Source of the DNA: Owenia fusiformis
Taxonomy: Eukaryota
Reading direction: 5' to 3'
NCBI GenBank assembly: GCA_903813345.2
Contig: CAIIXF020000001.1
Coordinates: forward strand, 48,608,001-48,672,000
Length of the DNA: 64,000 bases
The translations under genes were made by a program, and so were the position numbers. The notes beneath the pieces were generated by a model. The model was not told the DNA's origin. It was given only the letters and a program-made list of their open reading frames with translations, and made no database searches. Within the stretch, counting starts at the first letter, position 1; the number at the start of each line of letters is the position of its first letter. Below are positions 52,701 through 64,000 of the stretch, in pieces.

Positions 52701-55700
52701 GTAACTAATGATAGATTAAGTGCAATTGAAGTAGAGACAGATGACTTTTTTAGTATAACACCCAAAAAGGACAGTCTGGACCCAAACAGTACAGCTGCTA
52801 TCCCCAAAAGTTCTTCCAAGTGAGTGGAACATTTACATTTACAAACTTTATTGAATAAAGATTCATATTGTATAAAGATAATTCTGGAATTCATTTTACC
52901 CTTATCAATAAATTTTGAAGTGCTTATAGGTACACTTGGGGACAGCTCCTTAATATTACTCCACAGTGAACGGCATTCTCAAATCTTGTTTCAGTATTTT
53001 AACTCAAGATTGTTTAACCTCCTTTCATGTTTCAGATCAGCCAAGAAAAATAAAGTGAATACTAAACTGGAGTATGAAAAAAGAAAAGATGGAAAAGATT
53101 TACTCAACTTGGTAGTTATTGGTAAGTCATTAAATATTTAAGGATTTAAGCCTTGGACTCAGTGCATTGTGTGTTGAACCATTCCACAAAGATGTTTCCA
53201 AATCTTTAAAAAGTTAGGAAACAGCATCTGAGTGGAATGAAGCAGCCTTAATGCATTGATTCTTGGGCTTAAATTCTTTTCACACATTGCAAAATGTTTT
53301 CTATAAAATCACCTAAAAGATACAAAATCATCAAAAGAACATATTTTCAATGAAACCTTTTGCAAGGGTCAAGTATTGGAAAACTCAATCTCAGTCACTT
53401 TACTCAGGGACCCAGCCTGAATATTTTTGTTTTTGAATATTGGAGAGTATTACGCGAGATTTTTCCATTTTCTTGTTGCAAAATATATTTATTTTATGAT
53501 GTGGGGTGATATCTAGAATTTGAGGCTTGCGAAAATAAGATATCCTCATCTTTATACCCCCCACCCTATAATTTCAGGGGGGTCAGAAGAAAATAAACTT
53601 TAATTCATAACTTTGGAAGTAAATGAGATACAAACTTAATTTTTTCACCATAATTTATAGAATAACATCAGTAATGCAGAAAAAAATATATCAAACGAAA
53701 ATAAGCTAATTTGCATAATTTAACCCTTAAACCGCCATAAAAACTATTAAATAACAGAATGATAATAAACAACTTTTACTGTAATTGCCTTCATATGAAG
53801 TTATAACTTATGAAATAATTCCTAAAAATGCATCTATATATGTATATTAGATGTGCAAAATATTAAAAGTGTATCTTACATAACGACTGTGAAAAATATT
53901 TCTCCCCTTACCCTAAAATTGAAGGGAGGGGGTCAAAAGAAAATAAACTTTAATTCATAACTTTAGAAGTATATAAGATACAAACTTAATTTTTTCACCA
54001 AAATTTACAAAATAATATCAGTAATGGAGAAAAAAATATTTTGAACAAAAATAAGCTAATTTGCATAATTTAACCCTTAAACCGCCATAAAAACTATTAA
54101 ATGACAAAATTATAATATACGACATTTACTGTAATTACCTTCATATGAAGTTTTACCTGATGAAATAATTCCTAAAAATGCATCTATATATGTATAATAG
54201 ATGTGAAAAATATTAAAAGTGCAACTTATATATAGATTGTGAAAAAATTTCTCCCCCTACCCAGATATTTCAGGGGGGTCAACTGAAAATGGACTTTAAT
54301 TTATAACTTTGGAAGTATATGAGGTATAAACCTATTTGTTCACCAAAATTTATGTAATAACATCAGTAACTAAGAAAAAACATTTTTGATATGCAAATAA
54401 GCTAATTTGCATAATTTAGCCCTTATACAGTCATAAAAACCGTTAAATGACAAAACGGTTAAAATACGACATTTATTTTAATCGACCTCTCATGAAGTTA
54501 TAATTTATGAAATAATTCATATAGTTCCATTTTGTATAACAGATGTGCAAAATATTAAAAGTGTATCTTACATAACGACTGTGAAAAAAATTCTCCCCCT
54601 ACCCAGATATTTGAGGGGGGGGTCAAAATGAAAATGGACTTCATAAGAATTCATAACTTTGGAAGTATATGAGGTACAAACTTAATTTTTCACCAATATT
54701 TATGTTATATCATCAGTAATTCAGAAAAAATATTTTTTGATATGCAAATAAGCTAATTTGCATAATTTAACCCTTATAAAGTAATAAAAACCGTTAAATG
54801 ACGAAGTGATAAAATATGGCATTTACTTTAATTGACTTCTTATGAAGTTATAACTTCGAGAAAAAATTTACAACAGTTATGCACAATATAAAGAGGTTAT
54901 TTTATATAATGAGTGTGAAAAGAATCTTACACCCTACCTTAATAATTTTGAGGGCTCGGGGGGGGGGGGGGGGGTTAAAGAAAATAATAGACTTTAACTC
55001 ATAACTTTGAAATAATTTAAGAAAGAGCTTATATTTCTTCGCTGAAAATTGAGAAATCACATCAATAATGAAACGAATATTACATGGGGACAATACTATA
55101 TTTCAACTAATTTGCATAATTTAAGCTTCAAACAGTCATGAGAATCATTATAAGGCAAAGTGGTTCTATACTGAAATTGACTTCACATGAAGTAAGGACT
55201 TTGACAATATATCCTTACTTAATACTAGCATTTAAATGGAAAAATGATATCAACAATTATGAAGCTATTTTTCCCAACTATTTCAATGCCCATGGAGATT
55301 TTCATAGATATAATACTAGAGGCAAATCAAACTTCACCCTTCCTAAAGCAAAATTGAAAATTATGGCAAAAAACAATAGCCTTTAGTGGTTACTCCATAT
55401 GGAACAATCTCTCAGAAGAAATAAAAAAGTCAAATTCCATTTCTTTTCTTAAATCAAAACTGAAGAAGCATATTCTCTTAGCTTATTAATCATTAGTTGA
55501 CTATATCATTTCTTGTTTCTTCAGTAAGAAGGGTAGGCTCTCAAGGGAGGTACATGGGCCAACCTGGGGGCTGCTCCAAACTACAGGGTGGTCCAAAAAA
55601 AATTGGAACATTTGTTTATTGAACGCAAAACCTTTATTTTTCATCTAAAATGCACCAAACTTTTACTGATCATGGTTCAGTCACTTATTTATCTGATGTA

Positions 55701-58700
55701 AAGTTTATAGGTGAAAACCACAAAATTATTGCATTAAACTAGTCAATGTTGGATAATACCCCCTTTTCTTAAATATACATGTGTCAATTTCGCCGCTTTT
55801 TTCAAGTATTCTTTATTTAAAAGCTTTAATGGACATGTTGATTGCTATCAACATATTATGAAATCAGTTGACAAGAGGTTTAACATCTGGGGTTTACCAG
55901 AAAAATATTGTGTTTATACCAACTTAAACAATACCCAAAATGATCATTTTCATTTAAGAGTAGCGAAAAAGGAACATGTCAGAGGTGAGCAATTGCATAG
56001 CCCTCACAGCTACTCAAGTGACAAAAGCATTGTTCCCAATTTTACAGTAAAGGCAAAATGGATCAGTTATTCACAAAGTTTTATTAAAAACCAACGCTAA
56101 GCACATATACAGTATAATATACCATTTGTGTTCTGGGAGACTCCTCTGTGATATTGATAGACATATTGATATATCCAATGAATATTATTCATATCAGAAC
56201 AATAAAGGAAGAGGGTTTCATTAACCAGTCAAATCAGACTGAACTGGCCTCTTTCTTGAGAATATTCAATCAGTAATACAACCAACAATAGCCATCAAAA
56301 TATGCTTGATACCTATCAATTTGGGTAAAAAATGTTGAATATGTCACTAGATTTGATCTTCCAAGGCAAACAAATAGGAAGGTTGATCAAACTGAATTTT
56401 TTAGTCAAGATTGCTTCGACAAAACAAATTGACAGCAAACTAATTGAATATTTACAAATCTGAGCCCCAGGCTTCAACTTGTAATTTAGGAGAAGAGGGG
56501 TCATATCAGACATTTACTAGTTCAATGCATTAACTTTGTTGTATGCAACTATGAACTTTACATCAGATAGAAAAATGACTGAACTCTTCTCGGTGAAGTT
56601 TTGATGCATTTTAGAGAAAAAATAAAGATTTTGTGTTCAATTAACAAATGTTCCAATTTTTTTTGGACCACCCTGTACTTAAGATTTAAAATAATAATTC
56701 TGACCATACCAACCTTGGGGAAGGTACAATAATAACTAATATTTTATAAGAATCACACTTTTAACGATTATTTGCGTCAATGCGGTAGCCTGGTATCTTT
56801 AAATAATAATTAATGAAGCTACACATTCATAAAATTTCCCCATGGCATATGGCACCTTCTTGGCTTCAAATGAAACGAGCAACATGGATCCCCCATACCT
56901 TTATTTATTATAATCTAACTTTTGTGATTACATTCCGGTTTGATTCGTTGACAACATAATGATATACTTCATGATTTAACTACTATATGTACGGGTATTT
57001 AAGCATCACCTGTGGTGCCACCTATTATTAATAATATGTGTACACATAATGATTAAATGTATGAATAAATTGAGTTTAATTGAACTTGCAATGTTTCAGA
57101 ATAACCCTTAAAAAGGTAACCATAACAATTCTAAAGTTTATTGAACCATATTCAGAGTCACTGTGGGGACTGGTGTCATATTCTAGGTTGTAGATACTTG
57201 ATGCAGTGAAAATGTCATCATATATGTTTGGGTTAATCCACTTATTCCCTTCCACACTCACTTTCCTTTGAGCCGCATGAACATGCAGCAAAACATTCTG
57301 TACCTGCAGTGGCACATGAGCAAGTGGTTTAACATATTGCTTTGTCCTTGTATCGTTTGCATGTGCAAAATGACTTTGGGATTTTTGTTATATCAAGTTT
57401 CGGTTTTTGGTCATTTTAATGGTCTCAAGAGTAATATGAACCACTTGACATCTAAATCCATTCCCTGGCTCTGGAATCTCAAAAAGTGGTTTGTCAGCAT
57501 TCATTGAAATGTATAATTGTTATAAACCAAAAATGCATCCATAGTTAGTGGCAATGCTCTAATATCATTTTGGATGCTGCAAACAAGTGTAATACATCCA
57601 ATGATAGTTTGTTTTTGTATTGAAATATAAACAAAAATAACGCAACTCCCCTAGACCAGAGATCGTGCCCATGTGGACAGTCAATGGAGACAGAAACTCA
57701 CTTTAAAGTAGAATGTCATATGTTTGAAAATGAACGATTAAGTCTTTTTGCCTAAATGACTGATATCCATATTGACTTTTACATGTATACAAGTCTAGGA
57801 AAATATTGTATAATAATGAATGAAAAAAACTGTTCAAAGGACACTTGGAAAATGTATGATAAATATGTTAGTCAAAAGGCGTGAAATAGTTACATGCGAT
57901 GGTCTCTAATAGGTCGGCATCAACCAGGAATTGTTTTATTTCATGTATGTATCTTAATGTAACATCTTTAGTGTGTTAGACTTTAATTAATAAATTTACT
58001 ACTACTACTAGTATAATATTGTTTCCATGTAATATTTGTTTCATTCTTCATGTGATTTCTCAATATTCTGGCGAAGAAATACATGTATAAGCTCTTTCTT
58101 ATACGATTTCAAAGTTATGAATCAAAGTTTATTATTTTCTTTTAACTTCCCCCAGCCCTAAAATATTAGGGTAGGGTGTGAGATTTTTTCACACTCATTA
58201 TATACAATACCCTTTTTATATTGTGCATACCCGTTGTAAATGTATTTCTAGGAATTATTTCACAAGTTATAACTTCATAGAAGTCAATTAAAGTAAATTT
58301 CGTATTTCATCACTTTGTCATTTAACGTTTTTTATGACTGTATAAGGGTTAAATTATGCAAATTAGCTTATTTTCATATCAAGATATTTTTTCCGAATTA
58401 CTGACGTTATAACATAAATTTTGGTGAAAGAATTAAGTTTGTACCTCATATACTTCCAAAGTTATGAATTAAAGTCCATTTCCATTTGACCACCCTCAAA
58501 TATCTGGGTAGGGGGACAATTTTTTTGTCAGCGTCGTTATGTAAGATACACTTTTAATATTTTGCACATCTGTTATACATATATAGATGCATTTTTAGGA
58601 ATTACTTTATTTGTTAAAACTTCATGAGAGGCCAATTAGAGTAAATGTCGTATTTTATCGCATCGTCATTTAACAGTTTTTATGACTGTATAAGGGTTAA

Positions 58701-61700
58701 ATTATGCAAATTAGCTTATTAATTAGCTTATATTTTTTTCTGAATTACTGATGTTATTACATAAACTTTGGTGAAAAAATTAAGTTTGTACCTCATATAC
58801 TTTTAAAATTATGAATTAAAGTCCATTTTTATTTGACCCCCTCCCCTCAAAAATCTGGATAGGGGGAGAATTATTTTCACAGTCTTTATGTAAGATACAC
58901 TTCTAATATTTTGCACATTTATTATACATATATAGATGCATTTTTAGGAATTATTTCATAAGTTATAACTTCATATGAAGGCAATAACAGTAAATGTGAT
59001 ATAACATCATTTCGTCATTTACTAGTTTTTATGGCAGTTTAAGGGTTAAATTATGCAAATTAGCTTTTTTTCATTCAAAATATTTTTTTCTTCATTACTG
59101 ATGTTATTTCATAAATTTTGGGGAAAAAATTAAGTTTGTATCTCATATACTTCCAAAGTTATGAATTAACGTCTATTTTCTTCTGACCCCCCTAAAAGTA
59201 TAGGGCGGGGGGTATAAAGATGAAGATATCTTATTTTCGCAAGTCTCAAACTCTAGATATCGACCCACATCATAAAAGTAACTTATTTTCCAGCAAGAAC
59301 TGAAAAAATCTCGCGTAATACTTTCCAATATCCATTTTCACTTTCTAGCTGTTTCTCAGAACTTGGGTCCCTGAGTACTTAGCAACTGTACACAACAAAA
59401 GCGTTATTGATATTTCACACCCTGTTCATTATATGTGAATACTATGTTCGGATTGGCTGGAATCGGACACACCTTGCCTAGCTATGAGTGAATATAATAT
59501 CTACCATCCTAATTATTATCAGCTCCTCAACATTATTTTAAGTTCCGGGTAACACACTTTTACTTTATTTATGTAATTTATTAATGTTTGTCATTATTTT
59601 AATCAATTTTAAAAACAAATAAAAGTATGTATTCTCTATTTATTTTAATATTTAGTTATTTCTAATAGTAATAGCTATTTCTTGTAATACTTGATATAGT
59701 CATTTCTTGTAACATTAGCCATTTCTTAAAATATTAGCCTTTCTCTCTAATCATTTATATTAATCCTGATATTATAAAATCTAATTTTTTATTATCCCAG
59801 GGCATGTTGATGCTGGTAAGAGTACCTTGATGGGCCATGTTTTATACCAGCTAGACTGTGTAAACAAACGCACTATGCATAAATATGAACAGGAGGCTAA
59901 AAAGATAGGGAAGGCATCCTTTGCGTATGCTTGGGTCCTGGATGAAACTGAGGAAGAGAGGTAATTGTTATTGAATGATTCGGTCTTTGATATATATACT
60001 AGATACAAACATCATTTGTTTTGAAAATGTGATATATAAAGAATGGATATTTGTCATGATATTGGTCCAGTCATTGATGTATTTAACACAGAATCTATCA
60101 AGATCATAGGCATGGAGCTAATGTCCTTATTTGAGACCAAGTGCCAATAATGTTTTTAACTTTGGTAGTCTATGTATTGTATAGATTTAAATGTATTAAA
60201 CTGGAATAATGAAAACCCTATTCACAAATTAGATTGAGCACAAAATCACTACAAGAGTTTTACATGTACAAAGTCATGCATGTTAATTGATAACTTAAAC
60301 ATACATGTCTATCATCAGAGCCAGAGGTGTAACAATGGATGTTGCCCAGACTACATTTGAAACAGACAGTAAACGGGTGACCCTCCTAGATGCTCCTGGC
60401 CATAAAGACTTCATACCCAATATGATAACAGGTAAATGTAGATTGTATTTGTTATTTGCCCAATAATTAGAACACAATGGGGTAAGATACAAAGATATCC
60501 TAATCTTTCCCTCTATAAGTCTGGTATAATTGTCTTTAATGCATCATAACACATTTTGAACATTTAATTTCACCAACCGTATCCCTAATTTTAAAGCAGC
60601 AAGACAGTATTGTAAATATACTAGCAATGGTATGTTAATCATACAAGGCTTTTACAATTACAAGTCATGCTTAACTTTGATATTAAATGAATGCACATTT
60701 ATTATTTAGGTGCTGCCCAGGCTGATGTTGCAATTCTAGTTGTTAACTCAACTAGAGGTGAATTTGAGACTGGCTTTGAAACTGGTGGGCAGACCAGGGA
60801 ACATGCCCTTCTAGTAAGGTCACTAGGTAGGTGAATATATTTATTACTATATACAATGTCAACTTTTCCTGAAAATAATTTACATGTACCTACTGCTTTA
60901 TATTTATTACTTTCCATTTGGACCATCTTGATTTTATATGGCTGAGAATATAAAGTGAATTTGATCAGTGTGTACTGTGTAATACTTTAAATTGTACATA
61001 TAAGCTCAAACATATTCACCCTTATGTTCTATAGGGGTTTCCCAGCTAGCTGTTGCCATTAACAAGATGGACACTGTTGAATGGTCAAAGATACGCTTTG
61101 ATGAAATTGTGAAAAAACTTGGCACATTCTTGAAACAAGCTGGATTCAAGGAGAGTGATGTTACATATATACCATGTAGTGGTTTGAGTGGAGAAAATCT
61201 TGCAAAACCTGCGACTGATCCCAAACTGACTGAATGGTACCAGGGGGCTACATTGTTAGCACAGATAGGTCAGTATTTTCATAATAATGCTGTTAAGTTG
61301 TAGGACATTGAATGTACATGTTTAGAACACAGTAATATAGAAGCCTATATGTATAATGCACTTTTATTGAGAGTCAACATTTTGGTCAAATCCCTACACC
61401 AGAATTTGCGTAAAAAGAGTCTTATTGTATTATTTTATTATTTTTTTTCAGTTACCAAATCAATTTTTTGTTGTTTTTTTTCATTCCCATAACATTTCTT
61501 TAAAATATGCAATTAACACAATTTTAGATAAGTTTAAATCGCCTGAAAGGCCAATAGAGAAGTCATTCCGCTTGTGTGTAAGTGATGTGTTCAAGGGGAC
61601 AGGCGCTGGCATATCTGTGTCCGGGCGTCTAGAGTCTGGTACAGCACAACCTGGAGACCGTGTCATTGCAATGCCCGGGGGTGACCCAGCTAATGTTAAA

Positions 61701-63732
61701 AGTAAGAAATAAAATTCAGTAACTACTCTTAACCACCAAAAATGCCTTCTTAACTCCTTTGATTAGCAAATTCAGTTTCATCATGAAGAATTGAATCCTG
61801 TCACAAGTTTTATTGAAATTGCAACCTTCAGTTTTTAACTTTTTATGCCACCAGAGGTTATAGTCTCCAACTTTTTTTGTGGCCAGTGGTTGGTGTTTGA
61901 CATATGTATCAGTGGTTGGCATTTACAACAAATGGCAGGTTGTTACATTTTGCATGTTAATGACTTTATTACAGTGAATTTTATTTAGTTACAATGAATT
62001 GTTTTCCCTCCATGTATATACAGTTATATGAGCATAAAAATGCAAATCCCTATAACCTGCAAGAACCATGTATTTTAGGTGTGATGATAAATGATGCAGC
62101 AGAGGCCTGCGTGTTTGCAGGAGACCATGCTACAATCACTCTCACTGGAATAGATATGGTCAACATTAATGTTGGTGAGCAACCTATCTAAGGTCAATGT
62201 GTACCAATTGTATTAGTTTAATAATTACTGGTATAGTTTCAATTTGAAGTTTCAACATTAAGGCTGTATTTTTGTATGCCCACGGTGCTAGTGAATTGTG
62301 TAATATTTAAATTTTTCACCCCAGGTATCACTAAAAAGAACAATAAGTCATTCAGTGCAAATTATATGCTCGTGTGTTTTCAACAAAAATAGCTCATCCA
62401 AGAGCACTTACACTCACATAATTCTTTTGAAAGACATCACAGTTTATTGCAATCGAATTAGCTGTGTAAGTGCGCTGGAATGAGCTGTTTTTGTTAAAAA
62501 ACGTGGGGCCATGGTATTTGCACCGTAGGGGCTTATCGTTCTTTTTCGTGATACATAGGGGGGAGGGAAATTATTGAATATTATGCAACTGACTTCCACC
62601 ATGGGCAGTTCAAAAATGCAGCCTATGGCTTTTGCATATCACTCAAGCCTCAACCCCCTTGATTATCATCTCTTTAAATACCCTGTTTCAGGTACAATAA
62701 TATGTGCATACAATGACCCAATCAAGGTTACTAGCAGATTAAAGGCAAGGGTGGTTATATTCAACATTGATGTGCCAATCACTAAAGGATTTCCTGTAAG
62801 TGAATTGAAATATATGTATAAATAGTTCTAAGATTAGGCTTTGTGCAAGTTTGTTTAGCATGTCCCCTTTCTATGATATCTCATAAAAGGTCTATGATAT
62901 CTTACCAAATAGTTTTGTATTAAAGATTAAGATGAAGAAATGTTTAATTTGTGAAGGAACTGGAATATGGCTGAAATGGAAATTTATATTTTGAGGAGAA
63001 ATATGAAAGTATCTGTATTTCCTTGAACTAGGTGTAAAATCTGGATTTTTCTATTAGAATATGGGTATTATAGAGGGATTGATATGAGACAAAAAGACAG
63101 TGAATAAGAGACATTTTGTCAACTTTGCATTCTATATGTGACTCTACCTTCAATTTCCAGGTGGTTTTCCACTGCCAGGCTGTGACTGAACCTGCACACA
63201 TACGTAAAATAATTAGCCAGCTACATAAGAGCACTGGTGAGGTGGTGAAGAAAAAACCTAAGTAAGTAAGACACTGTATTGCTCTTATCTAAACGCTATT
63301 ATTACCCCATAGAACTAAGTTCCAGTCGAGATATAGAGAAACTGACAATTAAATGTTATGCAGTATTCGTCTTAAAGTTTTGATTAGGTTATGAGTGCAC
63401 AATGAAGTATTTGAGTTTGTAATATATAATATGGTGCTTTGTTAACACTTGAATACTAGGATGTTAAAAAAATAGGCATAACATAATGGCGTGATGTTAT
63501 AATATTATTACTAATTCCATAAATTGAGATGAAAATTAAAAAAATTGTTCTTGTTTTAATCTTATCATCTTCCTTTGGTTATCTTAGGTGTTTATCCAAG
63601 AATATGAGTGCTCTAGTCGAGATAGAAGTTAGTCGGCCTATATGTATAGAGCTGTATAAGGAATACAAGGATCTGGGCAGGTTCATGCTTAGGTATGCTG
63701 GCTCAACTATAGCTGCTGGACTGGTCACAGAG
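46790..63732 (+). CDS. HBS1L: HBS1-like translational GTPase (final exon beyond the window)
   Basis: Exons 46790-46832, 48422-48493, 48622-48792, 48991-49125, 49325-49369, 52348-52819, 53036-53121, 59801-59960, 60319-60431, 60710-60826, 61035-61268, 61528-61700, 62079-62174, 62692-62795, 63161-63261, 63588-63732. Motifs [50 protein letters not shown]. Confidence 0.95.
46950..47495. mobile_element. Foldback MITE with an 8-bp TSD in HBS1L intron 1
   Basis: TTATCCCGTTCCCGGACTAT / ATAGTCCGGGAACGGGATAA; GTTTCTAT on both sides. Confidence 0.85.
49544..49921. mobile_element. Kolobok-like MITE
   Basis: TTAA-AGGAGCAAGTTGAAAGATCAATGT versus ACATTGAACTTTCGACATGCTCCC-TAA. Confidence 0.55.
50175..51925 (+). 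CDS. HBS1L: Ski7/HBS1LV3-type alternative exon of HBS1L
   Basis: Phase-1 acceptor CTTTACTTTAG at 50174, in frame with exon 5. The C-terminal [10 protein letters not shown] and [18 protein letters not shown] resemble the PFDFxxPSPDDIV exosome-binding motif of Ski7-like proteins. Confidence 0.85.
50704..51345 (+). repeat. Coding minisatellite, 60-bp unit x about 11 ([20 protein letters not shown])
   Basis: Successive 60-nt lines align. Unit 50761 equals 50941 and unit 50821 equals 51001, giving a 180-bp higher-order repeat. Confidence 0.95.
55190..55490 (+). mobile_element. CR1/L2-type LINE ORF2 C-terminal fragment
   Basis: [15 protein letters not shown], then after a frameshift [35 protein letters not shown]. 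Confidence 0.7.
55584..56675. mobile_element. Tc1/mariner-type non-autonomous element nested in the foldback spacer
   Basis: Long TIRs starting CAGGGTGGTCCAAAAAAAATTGGAACATTTGTT, with a TA TSD. Confidence 0.85.
62319..62560. mobile_element. Small foldback MITE in an HBS1L intron
   Basis: GTATCACTAAAAAGAACAATAAG..AGCTCATCCAAGAGCACTTACAC is mirrored by GTGTAAGTGCGCTGGAATGAGCT..CTTATCGTTCTTTTTCGTGATAC. Confidence 0.65.
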
Positions 63733-64000
63733 GTATGTATCAGAAGTTATGTTCTGAGAAGTTTCACTGAAAAAGTGTACATAGATAAAGATTTTTCTCA
63801 ACGGGATAAACGCTCGGGATAAACCATGAAAAATCAAGAAAAGCCCATAGATAAACTGACTAGAATAGAATGATACCAGGGTTTGTTTTCATGTACTATT
63901 CTTACAAACATGTACTGTACTTACATCATGTACTGTAATAAGTACTACTTGTACTGTGCTGATTTCATGTACTGAACGTTTAGTGTACTTCATGTACTTA

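Larger units (their letters stand above)
53403..59375. mobile_element. 6-kb foldback element whose arms are tandem ~345-bp repeats
   Basis: Termini CTCAGGGACCCA / TGGGTCCCTGAG flanked by TA. Left-arm units start near 53558, 53905, 54254, 54595 and 54935; the inverted right arm spans about 58095-59335. Confidence 0.85.

Noticed and set aside
63732..63822. Read-through C-terminus for HBS1L (VCIRSYVL...)
   Set aside because: GAG|GTATGT is a strong donor, so the true last exon is probably beyond the window.

Overview
AT-rich eukaryotic (metazoan, probably marine invertebrate) genomic DNA with GT-AG introns; exon chains were reconstructed by eye. Genes from left to right: an intronless mitochondrial creatine kinase (-) with a truncated tandem copy; a PHF24-like PHD/EF-hand gene (+); an unidentified, apparently disrupted multi-exon gene (-); GCDH (+); an annexin (+); ITPA (-); and HBS1L (+), head-to-head with ITPA and running off the window end. 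The most notable feature is in HBS1L: a 1.7-kb Ski7/HBS1LV3-type alternative exon with an expanded 60-bp repeat (11x SLSDLAK) and an in-frame 5' splice site just before its stop. It could therefore act as either a cassette or a terminal exon. The introns are packed with DNA transposons. These include a DD41D Tc1/mariner split by a 4.2-kb element with a 4-bp TSD, a CAC..GTG element with a 5-bp TSD, a 6-kb foldback element, a Helentron-type satellite carrier and many MITEs. No rRNA, tRNA or CRISPR array was recognised.
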